Of a stretch of DNA of 64,000 nt, positions 19,821 to 30,048 are shown piece after piece. Each line of letters opens with the position of its first letter. Position 1 is the first letter of the stretch. The position numbers and the translations under genes were made by a program. The stretch is from a virus. Its lineage: Duplodnaviria > Caudoviricetes. Location of the stretch: IMG/VR virus record IMGVR_UViG_3300027819_000001, positions 17,541-81,540 of that record; one strand, 5' to 3'. Under the pieces are notes generated by a model. The model was not told the DNA's origin, ran no database searches, and saw only the letters and a list, made by a program, of their open reading frames with translations.

Positions 19821-21473
19821 TTATGGTTCTGACAAAGTAGGCGGCGGAGTCGGGTCCGCTACCTGCGCCTCGGGCGGTGTCACCAGGCAACCATACTGGT
19901 AGTTGCTGTCCGGGACTATCGTCGTCGGATTCTCAGTGTCGAAATTATCCGTAAGCAAAACCGTCGCAGTTGTCAAGTTCGTCAAGATCACTTCGTCGAT
20001 CAAAAGGCCAACGTTAATCACACGGCCAACCGGACTATCCACTCCGGTGATGACGATCCTGCCTGCCACAGTTGACCCCGGAGTGAAGTTGTAAATATAC
20101 GGATTCGGCGCGTCCTGTAGGCCCTGCGATGGATCCGACACGGTTACAATCTGGTCGATAAACGTTCCGACCTGCAATCGGACTTTGTAATCCCCTGCAT
20201 GATCTCTCCTATTACCTGCGATCCGAATTGAAAATCGATAATCCTGCCCACTGGTGAACGTGAATTCGTCCTTGCTCGTCAATTGTCCCATCGGATATGG
20301 AGCCGTGTCCACGAACTTGTAGTACGTCCCGGCCATGTCAACGTACAGCCCGTTGCCAGCGTCCACGTCACACAGTCCCAATCCCACGAGGTCCACCCTG
20401 CCCTGGGTCACGTCCCAGTTGATGAACCCGGTGTAATTCAGCTTGGCCATCGGATACGTCCCTGTCGTCGGGGAACACGATCCAGCACAGAGAAAGCTCT
20501 TCAGCCCTTGCAAAGTGGTGATGGTGTCCTCCTGGGTGGCCTGGTACGCCGAAAGGAAGTAGCCAGCACTCGACAGGTCGTATCCTTTGGCGAAGAACGT
20601 TCCCCATGCTCGCAAAGCCACCACAACGATCGTACCGTAGGCGCCCTTGAATGAATCAGCCACAGGAGCAGGATCAGCCCCGAAGTTGTTCTCCAGGTCA
20701 GAGAACAGGATGATCACTTTCCTGCTGTCAGGGTCCGAACCGAAATTGTCCACAGCCTTTTGCAATCCTGCCGCCAGGGCCGTGCTCTCCTGGAGAACCG
20801 TGATGGCGTCCACTGCCGCCTTGGCTGCTGCTGCCGTGGTGACAAATGTTGTCTGGACAATGCCGGACTCCGCAAAGCTGATCACCCCAACACTGTCCTT
20901 GGAGAAGTCCACCGAATCGATAAACCGGCCAGCCGCCAACTTGGCGTAGATCAGCTTGGAAGCGTACTGATTCGAGAACTGCTGGCTGCTCGACAGCGAA
21001 TTGTCGATAACGATGAAGAATTTCTGGTTCAGATCAGCACAGGCCGTCACCACTTCAAGGATCGCGTAGGCATGGAGCGTCTGCCATTGAACGGATACAG
21101 TCGCAATGCCAGCTTGCACCCCTGTCGCCACGCCGTTCTGTGTCAGGAACGCGATGTCGTCATCCGAAATGACGAACGTCAATCCGGTCGTCAAGACGAT
21201 CTCGGTCCCACCTTGCTGGAGATAAACCGTGTACGTTTGGGTCTTGCCAGGCTCGATAATAGCGGTCTCAGGTTTGAGAATCAGCTTCGGGTAGTTTGCG
21301 CACAGAACAGGATTCGCCTTCCTGAATGCCGGATCGCCACACCGCTCGTCTGTTCCAGGGATATCCTCACCACCACCAGACCCATCGGTGCCGGTGCATG
21401 AACTTCCGGTTGCGGTCGCCTCAGGATTCTGAGGATCGCACGGTACCGTTTCGATGGTGTCCCATTGGATCAT
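19821..21473 (-). CDS. Virion-associated Ig-like + vWA + beta-sandwich protein
   Basis: Big2-like segment (L.PETA.IEPG.T.TY...GVATGV..G.ATVS), MIDAS DNSLSS...T...SD; start at MIQW (ATGA overlap). Confidence 0.8.
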   Translation of the reverse strand: MIQWDTIETVPCDPQNPEATATGSSCTGTDGSGGGEDIPGTDERCGDPAFRKANPVLCANYPKLILKPETAIIEPGKTQTYTVYLQQGGTEIVLTTGLTFVISDDDIAFLTQNGVATGVQAGIATVSVQWQTLHAYAILEVVTACADLNQKFFIVIDNSLSSSQQFSNQYASKLIYAKLAAGRFIDSVDFSKDSVGVISFAESGIVQTTFVTTAAAAKAAVDAITVLQESTALAAGLQKAVDNFGSDPDSRKVIILFSDLENNFGADPAPVADSFKGAYGTIVVVALRAWGTFFAKGYDLSSAGYFLSAYQATQEDTITTLQGLKSFLCAGSCSPTTGTYPMAKLNYTGFINWDVTQGRVDLVGLGLCDVDAGNGLYVDMAGTYYKFVDTAPYPMGQLTSKDEFTFTSGQDYRFSIRIAGNRRDHAGDYKVRLQVGTFIDQIVTVSDPSQGLQDAPNPYIYNFTPGSTVAGRIVITGVDSPVGRVINVGLLIDEVILTNLTTATVLLTDNFDTENPTTIVPDSNYQYGCLVTPPEAQVADPTPPPTLSEP

Positions 21474-22993
21474 TTTGTCAGTTCTACCGTATCGATCACG
21501 TCCCCGTCCACCGTAATGAAGTCCCAAGCCAGCGTCGTGCAACTCACGCTAAACTTCACCGCACCGAACTTGGAGTTGTACCGGGTCACGCTCCCGCTCA
21601 CCGGCGCTCCGAAATTGTACTTCTCTTTTCCTCCCAACCCATCCACCAGATAATGCACGTCATCAATCAGGAGATGCTCGTAATCGTGGTCATGTCCCGA
21701 CACCACGATATCGATGCCCATGTCCGAAAAGTCGTATTGAACCGCTGCCGTGGATCCGTGAGGTCCGGAACTGAAAGGTGGCAAATGGCCAACGACCATC
21801 TTCCACTTCGCCGGGGAGAGTCTCGCCTTTGCATTGAGCCATTCCCACTGTGCCGAGTTAACGGCAATTCCGTCCTCTTCACGAGCGTCCCAGTCCATGA
21901 AAAAGATGTGCAACGATCCAATTACCTTGTCGTAGTACCGCTGGTTGTTCGGATAATCCGAGAAGAATACAAGATACGGCACCAGATTGCCAAAATCCCA
22001 ATCATGGTTGCCCGGCGCTGAGAAAAAGATCGTCTTGTCGAAGTAATCATCAACCACCGTCGCGTAGGCGGTGTCATTGTATGAAATGTCCCCGGCATGG
22101 AGAATCATCGCCGGTGAGCCAGCAGCTATCAGATCGGCCACTTCCTGTGTATCCGCCGTGTTCCCGGTATCAGCCGTCTGCCACAGTGTCACCGATGCAT
22201 TCACCACCGGGAGGATCAACTGGTCATTGTCCAACTCAGCTTTGATCGGGAGTCTCCTTGTCGGCACGCTGACATTCCGCATCCTGGTCTTGTCAGCACA
22301 CGTAACGATGAACATCGCCCGAAGCTGATGATGATCCTGGTAATGGGCCATCTTCTCCGTTTGCTCTCGTCCGTAGGCAACCTCGTGGCGCCATCTCACG
22401 AAAGCCTGGATGATCGCTTCCGCCTCGATATCCCACCAATCCTGATCCAGCACGTCCGTATCCGCAAAGGTCCGCTTTACTCCATCCCACTCAACCACCA
22501 CGACCTCGTTGCTCTGGATCCACGGAGCAAGCCAGATCTTCTTGTGATGCAGCGCAAAGGAACCAATCCGTGCCCTGCCCCATTTGCTGTCCGATTGGCG
22601 ATTGGCAAGCTTCATCCCCTGCTGGAACACGATCGTACTGTCCGAATCAACAAAGAACGGCTCCACATCGTTGTGTATCCACGCGTCGATCTCCACCTTC
22701 TTCCGCCAGTCGTAGAACACCGGGTCACACCACTTGTCGTTCGCAACCGTATAGACGAACTGAATTTCCCCAACCGGAGCAGGTATCACCGTCTTGGCGC
22801 AATCAACGTACGTCGAACAGAACGGATGAATCGTGATGTTGTTCCTCTGCAACTCCGGCACCGAATTCTGCAAATCCACAAACGCCGCCAGGAACATCGA
22901 GTTGTGCGGCGACACAAGGTTCGGAGCTTCACCCTCAGGCCATATCTCGCGCCGAAGCTTCGTTACCAGGTCTTTGTAGGAAATGGTGGGCAT
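21470..22993 (-). CDS. Head-tail adaptor-like N-terminus fused to a purple-acid-phosphatase/calcineurin-like phosphoesterase
   Basis: C-terminal half has ADTG, GDISY, GNHD, VGH, GHDH motifs; the adaptor call rests on position after the capsid genes. Confidence 0.8.
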   Translation of the reverse strand: MPTISYKDLVTKLRREIWPEGEAPNLVSPHNSMFLAAFVDLQNSVPELQRNNITIHPFCSTYVDCAKTVIPAPVGEIQFVYTVANDKWCDPVFYDWRKKVEIDAWIHNDVEPFFVDSDSTIVFQQGMKLANRQSDSKWGRARIGSFALHHKKIWLAPWIQSNEVVVVEWDGVKRTFADTDVLDQDWWDIEAEAIIQAFVRWRHEVAYGREQTEKMAHYQDHHQLRAMFIVTCADKTRMRNVSVPTRRLPIKAELDNDQLILPVVNASVTLWQTADTGNTADTQEVADLIAAGSPAMILHAGDISYNDTAYATVVDDYFDKTIFFSAPGNHDWDFGNLVPYLVFFSDYPNNQRYYDKVIGSLHIFFMDWDAREEDGIAVNSAQWEWLNAKARLSPAKWKMVVGHLPPFSSGPHGSTAAVQYDFSDMGIDIVVSGHDHDYEHLLIDDVHYLVDGLGGKEKYNFGAPVSGSVTRYNSKFGAVKFSVSCTTLAWDFITVDGDVIDTVELTK

Positions 22994-23196
22994 TACTGTG
23001 ACACCGGGGTGCCGTAAAGGAATATGTTCACGAACTCTCTTTGACGCCGCTCCTCACGCCTTTTCATTATCTCGCGGTTGAGTTTGAAGAATTCCATCAG
23101 ATCGAGCTTAGGCTTTGGAGTCGCCATCGCTTCAACCACCTTCGGAGCGGCGGCAATCGACGCTGGCAATGCTGCGATGAATGAGCGCCTGTTCAT
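22993..23196 (-). CDS. Small protein with a Tat-like N-terminus (MNRRSFI)
   Basis: Twin-arginine-like motif; TAATG overlap. Confidence 0.4.
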   Translation of the reverse strand: MNRRSFIAALPASIAAAPKVVEAMATPKPKLDLMEFFKLNREIMKRREERRQREFVNIFLYGTPVSQ

Positions 23197-23356
23197 CAGT
23201 AGGAATCTCCAAGAACGGAAACTGGAAGAATACGCCTTGGACCTTGTTCTCTTGGCTCATTTGGACGAAACGAGTGGATCGAACCATCAGGCATGATCTC
23301 AACGCTAAGGTCAGGATCATTCGCCGCGAGCATCGCCTCAAGTTCTTCGATGGTAA

Positions 23357-23815
23357 TCACGCTGCCTTTGGTTGTCCGCTCGCCTTGGGCCTCGCCAAAG
23401 GTACGTTCTGTTGTTGTCCGGGAGGATTCACCAAGCCCACTGCCGCCCGGTTCCTGTCCTCAAAATTATCCACGCCCACAACAGGTGCCGCCGCTATTGG
23501 ACCTCCCTTGTCGAACAGGCTGGATGGTTTCGCTCGATTGGACGCGAGCCCTCTCTTGAGATCTTCGTTCCGCAATTCCTCGCGCCAAACTGGCTTCGAA
23601 TCCTTGTTTTTTTTTAAGGTCTCGTACTCTTCCTTTCCAATCTCTTCCAACCCAGCACGCTTGCCAACCAACTTCGCAAGCTCGTTTTGAATGTTCTCGT
23701 CTTCAGTCCCGAAAACCTCAGTGTTGATGTCAACCTTCGTGAAGCGGACGTAATGACCGCTGGGCAACAGAAGATTCGTTCCTACTGCGCCCTTTCTGTA
23801 AAATTTCGTAGCCAT
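23357..23815 (-). CDS. Hypothetical head-associated protein
   Basis: Follows the capsid terminator; SD GAAAGGA upstream; contains an A9 run (23607-23615). Confidence 0.6.
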   Translation of the reverse strand: MATKFYRKGAVGTNLLLPSGHYVRFTKVDINTEVFGTEDENIQNELAKLVGKRAGLEEIGKEEYETLKKNKDSKPVWREELRNEDLKRGLASNRAKPSSLFDKGGPIAAAPVVGVDNFEDRNRAAVGLVNPPGQQQNVPLARPKASGQPKAA

Positions 23816-23941
23816 CGTCGGGACTCTATTCCTTTCCCAACCAAAAGGTCAATTGATTCCAATCAGGCAGAATCCATGGAGACGACCACTGTAATCGGCT
23901 TCGTTGGCTTTCAGTCGTGAGTTCATTTCGATTTCGATAAT

Positions 23942-23970
23942 AAAAAAGCCGCCCTTTTCAAGGCGGCTTT
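23942..23970 (-). terminator. Rho-independent terminator after the major capsid gene
   Basis: AAAGCCGCC/GGCGGCTTT stem followed by a U-run on the minus strand. Confidence 0.85.
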
Positions 23971-23991
23971 CTGTATTAGCGACGCTAATTT

Positions 23992-25776
23992 TTAAACCAA
24001 ATCGTCATACGGCGCCACTTCCGCGGTGATCACTGGAGGCGCGTCTGCAAGATTTTCCAACCAAGAACTGTGGAGTGGGCAACTGACAATTGGCATCCCG
24101 GTCTCGCTCTGGAGCGTCTGCTCCTGGGAGATGTATTCCATGGTGCAACGGAACGTTGGATCGATCTTGGCCAACTGTTCGAGTTGAGCGGTGGTGTAGA
24201 CCTTTCGGTTCGAGGCCAGGTGAGCGTAGTAGATCGTGCCACCCTGAGGACCAGGTTTACCGATGTCGAGCGAGAGCAGAAGGTTGCCGACGCTATCGAG
24301 GCCCTGATCGACGAACTGATCCTTCCAGTCGTCAAAGAAGTGGTGCGAGACAATGTTGATCTCGACCGAGGCCGGGTACTTCACGCGGTACGAATCCCAG
24401 ACGATGCCCAGCTTGTCGTTCTTCTGGTTGATCGTTTGCGTGAACCGCAACAGATCCCCGTACATATCCTTGTAGTAGGCCATCATTCCGGTCTGGAACT
24501 GAGCCCGGTAGAACTCGGATGTGTGCCAGTCGATTGCGATCACGCGCTTACCATCGCCATCGCGAGCACGATAGATGGCGTTGTTCAACCGGAAAAACTC
24601 GTGAAGGTTCAGCGGTTGGTTCGCAAGGTCGATAACTCGACCGCACAAACGGAGCTGTTCCTTGACACCAATCCAGTTGGCTCGTTTGGCCATCACCTTT
24701 CCAGAAAGGCCACCGGGGTTGATGTTCGAACCGGTGACGGTCACGATGTCCTCAAGCGAGGTCCAACCGGTGAGGGTCTGATTCGGGAGCGGCTTCTGAA
24801 AGAGAAAAGCGTTGACGAACCGATCCTGCTCATCGGCTTCGTCCTGCATGTTCCGTTCCGTCAGAGGGATGTCGCCGAACTGCTTCCACGCGTCGTTCGT
24901 GGTCATTAACGTTTCGTAGACTTCGCGGTAGAGTTCGTCCACGCAGCGGGTCATGCGGTAGGTTTGGAACCAGAATGGAACCTGCTTCCGAGGGTCGATG
25001 TTGGACTTGTTGTGGCACCAGCTTTCGTAGTCGTGGACGTTGTTGATGCCTTTGATGATGACGCCGTTTGTGGGGGTGAGATCGTACAGTTCCGAGGATC
25101 CTGCGTTCTCAGATGTGACCAGAACGTCAATGGACGTGTTGTCGGCGGTCGGATGAGATGCGAGAACCTTCCAGGCACCATGCTTCGCAAGGCCGGACTG
25201 GCCAGTGAAATGATGGATGACATCCCGAGCACGGAAGTCTCCGGTATCCAGCGGAACACCGTAGCGGGATTCGATCCTGAACACACGGTCATCGGCAGCA
25301 CCGAGAGCGAGTTCACCAGCAGAGAGATTGCCGGACATGCTGGTTCCGTTTGAGCAGGCGAGCGTTGCGTTCGTGGTGTATCCAGATTGAGGGGCACCGC
25401 AAGTGATCTTGAAATACTGCTTGTTCACGACGCTCTTCTGAGAGCCGAGAACGAACGGATGCATCAGCGAGTGGGTCTTGACGCCCTGGATGCCGCTTCC
25501 AACCGCCGCCTTCCACATTTCCCTGTCGGCGTTGGCCATGATCCAGTCGTAGAAGCTGTTTCGGCGGGTACCGCAGGCCCTCATTTCGAGGCTGTGCATG
25601 AACCAAGCGCGCATGTCGGCGAACTTGCCTCCGGGTTTGAACATGTCTTCCAACATGTCCACCGTGAGGTAGTTAATGTCGCTGCGGGTGATTGTCCCGC
25701 AGGTGTCGTAGGTGGAACCGATTGCAACAGCGCATTGCGCCACGAACCGGTCATCGATAGCTAAAGGTGATCCCAT
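23992..25776 (-). CDS. Major capsid protein (putative)
   Basis: ~594 aa after portal and scaffold, followed by a strong terminator; identified by synteny. Confidence 0.75.
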   Translation of the reverse strand: MGSPLAIDDRFVAQCAVAIGSTYDTCGTITRSDINYLTVDMLEDMFKPGGKFADMRAWFMHSLEMRACGTRRNSFYDWIMANADREMWKAAVGSGIQGVKTHSLMHPFVLGSQKSVVNKQYFKITCGAPQSGYTTNATLACSNGTSMSGNLSAGELALGAADDRVFRIESRYGVPLDTGDFRARDVIHHFTGQSGLAKHGAWKVLASHPTADNTSIDVLVTSENAGSSELYDLTPTNGVIIKGINNVHDYESWCHNKSNIDPRKQVPFWFQTYRMTRCVDELYREVYETLMTTNDAWKQFGDIPLTERNMQDEADEQDRFVNAFLFQKPLPNQTLTGWTSLEDIVTVTGSNINPGGLSGKVMAKRANWIGVKEQLRLCGRVIDLANQPLNLHEFFRLNNAIYRARDGDGKRVIAIDWHTSEFYRAQFQTGMMAYYKDMYGDLLRFTQTINQKNDKLGIVWDSYRVKYPASVEINIVSHHFFDDWKDQFVDQGLDSVGNLLLSLDIGKPGPQGGTIYYAHLASNRKVYTTAQLEQLAKIDPTFRCTMEYISQEQTLQSETGMPIVSCPLHSSWLENLADAPPVITAEVAPYDDLV

Positions 25777-25791
25777 AAGTGGGATCAAATA

Positions 25792-27384
25792 CTACGATGG
25801 CCACATGGCATTGCGTAATTCTTCGCGTGCAATGCCTTTGCCAGGAGAGTTGGATGGAAGAGTGGTCTGTCTGTCGCTCGACGCTGAAACGGACGGCGAA
25901 TTCTTTCTCGCAGGAGCTTCTTGTTCTTTGGGCTCGCCTTTCTTGACGCCGTTTTGTGGCGTTTCCCCATTTTTCTTGGCCATTCGCGTTTCGACCAATC
26001 TTTCCACGCGAGCACGTTCGCTATCAATCCTGGACTTAGTTTTGGCAGCATTCTCTGCCACAAGAGCGACGTGGATCGAGTCCGGGTCCAAAGTCCAGTA
26101 TTGCTGTTGCAGACCAGCGATTTTGGATTGCTTCTCATCCTTCGTTCCCTTCCCAGCGATGATAGCCTGAATTCGTTTGCCCATGTCGGCCTGGGTGGTG
26201 AACTCACGGGTACCCTTCATTCGTTCCTCTGGATCCAGGCTGGCGATCTGGCCTTCCAACCGATTAGCGAAGTTGATCAAGTCACGGTGCGGGTAGATGT
26301 CCTCACCGGTGGATGGGTGTGGCACCACAAGATCAAGATTCAATTTGTAGCCGGAACCCAATGTCTTAAGCTTGACCAGTTCCTCGCTCAACACGCGTTG
26401 AGTACCGGCAGCTTCGTCCAGGATCTCGAATGCATCCGGATCAGCCTCACGAAGGGCGTTGATCGTCTTGTCGGTGATTGCCTTTCGGCCTCCGACATCC
26501 AACAGTGCTCCGAATTCATCCCCGACCTGGCCGATGAACGAAGTGGTAACGTCATGGAGAATGGACGGCAGGGCCTGGTTGATTTCCTTTGTCTTCTGCT
26601 CAGCACGGAGTTGTTCTACTTCCGGCGCGCCCTTCCTCTCCAACTCCCCCATGATCTCCTTCTTGATCTTCTCGCGATCAAGTTCCTTGGTGGCTTTCCG
26701 AATCTCCCTGGCATCCACCTTCGGATCATTCTTCTCGTAAAAGTCAGCGTGTTCATCGTCATCAGCATTGAAAGTCTCTCCTGGATGCTTCTCCAGCCAC
26801 CTGTCACGGTATGCCTCTTCCTTGGCCCAGAATGCCTTCGTGGCGGCAACGAGACCCTTCCGTGACGGATTGTTCCGTTCGATGTGTTCAAGGGCTTCCA
26901 GGCGCTCCTGGTCATCCTCGCTGAGGTTAAGATCGACTTGAGGAGCAGGTTGCTGCTTCTCCTGCGCTGGCATCTTCTCGACCACCTTCTCGGCAACACG
27001 ATCAACGTCGGCGTCCGACATCACCGCTGGCTTGGCAGGAGATGACATCGCCGGTTTGGATGTCGGCTTCGGCTTCTCAACCTTCTCGACTTTTTCCTCG
27101 GGTTTCTTGTCCTCCTTTTTGTCCTCAGGCTTTTGCTCTTGAACAACAAGAGGCTTTTCTTCAACCTTTTCGTCTTCAGCTTTCCGCCCTTTGTCCCCCT
27201 GTTTGTTTTCCTCTGGAGGTGTTTTTTCACCCTTCTTCTTCGGCTTTGGCGGCACAGGCGCACCAGGGAACATCATGCCATGGAGATTCTGTCGTTGGGC
27301 ATCTATCTCCGCATCCGTTGGAATGGCTGCTGCTGGCTTGTCTTCGGGTTTAACTTCGAGTGATGGTGTCGCTGGTGTGCTCAT
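25792..27384 (-). CDS. Scaffolding protein (putative)
   Basis: Charged, P/K/E-rich, helical; lies between portal and capsid; ATGA-coupled start MSTPATP. Confidence 0.65.
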   Translation of the reverse strand: MSTPATPSLEVKPEDKPAAAIPTDAEIDAQRQNLHGMMFPGAPVPPKPKKKGEKTPPEENKQGDKGRKAEDEKVEEKPLVVQEQKPEDKKEDKKPEEKVEKVEKPKPTSKPAMSSPAKPAVMSDADVDRVAEKVVEKMPAQEKQQPAPQVDLNLSEDDQERLEALEHIERNNPSRKGLVAATKAFWAKEEAYRDRWLEKHPGETFNADDDEHADFYEKNDPKVDAREIRKATKELDREKIKKEIMGELERKGAPEVEQLRAEQKTKEINQALPSILHDVTTSFIGQVGDEFGALLDVGGRKAITDKTINALREADPDAFEILDEAAGTQRVLSEELVKLKTLGSGYKLNLDLVVPHPSTGEDIYPHRDLINFANRLEGQIASLDPEERMKGTREFTTQADMGKRIQAIIAGKGTKDEKQSKIAGLQQQYWTLDPDSIHVALVAENAAKTKSRIDSERARVERLVETRMAKKNGETPQNGVKKGEPKEQEAPARKNSPSVSASSDRQTTLPSNSPGKGIAREELRNAMWPS

Positions 27385-27671
27385 ATTGGCGTCGTGATGT
27401 TTCTGAAAACTGGTTCGGATGATGGGGTGAGAACTAGGATCGCCCCTTGGATGTGCTGGCACTTGCTGGTGATTTCAGCAATCTCGTCCGAATGCTCTCC
27501 TCGGTTGTTCCTTGGATCAAGGTATGCCTCACCAAGTCGCTGTGTTAGGACCGCGAGGTTAACTTCCAGAATGTGACGAAATTCTACGGTTGCTGGGGAC
27601 TCAAGCCATGATTTGAGGCGCTCCGTTGATTGGCTGTCCAGTGGTCGGATCAATGCGTCCAGGATCTTCAT
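27381..27671 (-). CDS. Hypothetical head-assembly protein
   Basis: Between portal and scaffold; overlaps the portal 3' end. Confidence 0.55.
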   Translation of the reverse strand: MKILDALIRPLDSQSTERLKSWLESPATVEFRHILEVNLAVLTQRLGEAYLDPRNNRGEHSDEIAEITSKCQHIQGAILVLTPSSEPVFRNITTPI

Positions 27672-30048
27672 TCGTAGTCGTAGTCGTCGTCAGTCGTTGT
27701 TGCGATTGGGCAATTAAAGCCACAAGTCGCTTTACCACTTGTTCCATAGGTACGACCCTCTGTGCAAGCTCTTTCACTGCACCTTCAACCTGGCCTTGGG
27801 CTTGTGCCGTCTTCTGAACGGTATCCACAACTGGCTTCATTTCCTCCGTCATCTTCTGTTGGAACTCTTGCACAGCTTGCATCAGTTGCTGGGCTTCTGC
27901 TGGGCTCAATTGGGTCTTGTTGGCTGATCTATCCTCCAGCTTGAAGTCCCTCGGAAAACCAGCCAGACGGAATATCTCGTTGAGCAATGGTATCACCTGT
28001 TCCGAAATTCTCTGCATCACGTCCGGGTTCTGCAACAAAGGCGCCAGTGCCTGCAACATCGATCCAGCCAGGGCCGTGTTGTTGGTACGATCGTCGGCAT
28101 CGCGGGACGAAGTGAATCCCTCATACAATAGAGGGCGTAGCGATTCTTTGGACGCCTTTACAACCGCCTTCTTATCCGCAATTCTCCTGGAGGGACGTTC
28201 CTCGTCATCATAGGTGAACCCGAGTTTTTCCAGGTCCTCTTTCCCGATGGTGTTTTCCATCGGGATTTCGGCATAGAACTCCTCTTCGCCTTCGGACATC
28301 AAACCGTAGAAAATCTGTTTCTTCCAAGCTTCGGTCGCATTGGCCACTGGTATATCCGTGTACTTCAACCGAACGGATGTTGCCCTGGAGATATTCTGAA
28401 CCTCCTCCGCTCTCAGTTCGTGGGACGCCGCCTGCCCGAGTTCCTGGGACGAGAACAGAAGAACGCGCTCAACCGTATCGAGGATGGTCTTCATGGCCAA
28501 CAACAGTTGGTTGGTATCTGTTTTGGTGAAATCAACGTTGTAAAACACCTTATCGACCGCAGCTTCCCTCCTGAAATACTTCTTGGAGGAGAACGGCTCG
28601 AAGTTCAACGCGCACCAAAGCTTGTTGCCAAGATTCTTCAACCGATTGATCGCTCCGTCATTGAGCGCGTCGGTATCGACGAAGGTGCAGTTGGTGAGGT
28701 TCTGCTTGGTCGTAAGAATGAACTGGGACATCAGATTGCTGAAATGATCTTGCCAGGGAAGGATCTGCAACGTGAGGGACGGATTCAAATCCCGGTTCTG
28801 ATCGGTGTCCAAACCGTAGTAGACAACCGGGCAGTAAGGAAAAGGTTCAGCGTAGATGATCGTGTCGTCACCGCCAGCCAGGAGGAACCGCATCCAGATC
28901 GGGTAATCGTAATCACCAAGCCCGCACTCTGAAGGGACCAGCTTCTCGTAGTATTCGGTAAATACCACTGGACATTCTTCTTGGTCACCGCCGTAACAGT
29001 ACGTGGCAAAGTTCTCCTCTCGATCATGGAGGTTGCTTAACTTCCAATCGATAGGCGACTTGATCGTGCAGGACGAATAAACGGTGTTGAAGAAAGTGTT
29101 CGCGTTACTCCACCAGGCCGTGTCACCGATGGTCACTTTGTCCAGGTTCCAGTAATCCTCGTTGTTGGCAATGTCCTTCCAACGGAGTGCCCGCCAGTAT
29201 CCGAAGAACTCACATCCAGTGTCAGTATTGAATGTGGTGACACGGTGGGCCTTGTCCCAGAACACTCTTGTTGGATGCGGGATTTCGTAGCGGATGCCTT
29301 CCTTGGTTATCCTGGTCTTGCGCTTCTTCTTCTCACCGCTGATACCTGCGCCATCTTTGGCATCTTCCTTCGCATCATCGTCTTCGGTCTCCTGCTCTTC
29401 CCGGTACCACGGTTCCTTCGGGACTTGGAAAGCGAACTGGTAGTGTAGCATCTGGCCAACGCTTTGATCCTGGACCTCCCAATAACCGAACTGGCGGGAC
29501 ATTACCTCCGTCCGGCTGGTGAGGACTTCGGTCCGCATCCTGGACAGAGAGTTTGAAAAGGCTGGTTCGAACTTGAGGAACGGACTCAGATGCCGGTCGG
29601 TCATTATCTTCGCCTGCCTGATCTTGAGATAAGCCAGGCATAACGGAACGTGGACCTGGAAAAATGTCGGGATATCGAGCACCGTCTTCTCGATGTTTTT
29701 CCCTGTCTTCGGATCAGCAACGGTGATCGTATCGAAGACAGCCTCCGTGGCTATGTTCCATTCGTTCCACGCTTCCATAACCTCACCAGAGGACGGGTCC
29801 TTGCTGGCGAGTGCCGTGATGAGGGTTTGATCTACTTGCCTGAACGGAACGTTGAGCGCGAGATCGAGAGCGTAGTAGAGCTTGTGGTCCCGGATGTTAT
29901 CGTCGATTCCCCTCTCACGGCGGATGCGGATTCTCTCCCGCAATCGCTTGAGCTTCGGGTTCTTCTCATCGGCAGACTTTCCTTTGAGCTTCTCCTTCAG
30001 CTTCTCCGGGGTAATCCCACGGCGCTTGAGTAGATCGAGCGAGACCAT
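27601..30048 (-). CDS. Portal protein (putative, P22/T7-like size)
   Basis: 815 aa, first large head gene, C-terminal Gln-rich helical barrel; synteny with terminase, scaffold and capsid. Confidence 0.8.
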   Translation of the reverse strand: MVSLDLLKRRGITPEKLKEKLKGKSADEKNPKLKRLRERIRIRRERGIDDNIRDHKLYYALDLALNVPFRQVDQTLITALASKDPSSGEVMEAWNEWNIATEAVFDTITVADPKTGKNIEKTVLDIPTFFQVHVPLCLAYLKIRQAKIMTDRHLSPFLKFEPAFSNSLSRMRTEVLTSRTEVMSRQFGYWEVQDQSVGQMLHYQFAFQVPKEPWYREEQETEDDDAKEDAKDGAGISGEKKKRKTRITKEGIRYEIPHPTRVFWDKAHRVTTFNTDTGCEFFGYWRALRWKDIANNEDYWNLDKVTIGDTAWWSNANTFFNTVYSSCTIKSPIDWKLSNLHDREENFATYCYGGDQEECPVVFTEYYEKLVPSECGLGDYDYPIWMRFLLAGGDDTIIYAEPFPYCPVVYYGLDTDQNRDLNPSLTLQILPWQDHFSNLMSQFILTTKQNLTNCTFVDTDALNDGAINRLKNLGNKLWCALNFEPFSSKKYFRREAAVDKVFYNVDFTKTDTNQLLLAMKTILDTVERVLLFSSQELGQAASHELRAEEVQNISRATSVRLKYTDIPVANATEAWKKQIFYGLMSEGEEEFYAEIPMENTIGKEDLEKLGFTYDDEERPSRRIADKKAVVKASKESLRPLLYEGFTSSRDADDRTNNTALAGSMLQALAPLLQNPDVMQRISEQVIPLLNEIFRLAGFPRDFKLEDRSANKTQLSPAEAQQLMQAVQEFQQKMTEEMKPVVDTVQKTAQAQGQVEGAVKELAQRVVPMEQVVKRLVALIAQSQQRLTTTTTTNEDPGRIDPTTGQPINGAPQIMA

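Noticed and set aside
23604-23616. -1 frameshift site (A9 run, A AAA AAC)
   Set aside because: The zero frame reads as a coherent protein and no strong stimulatory structure is evident; it may simply encode LKKN.
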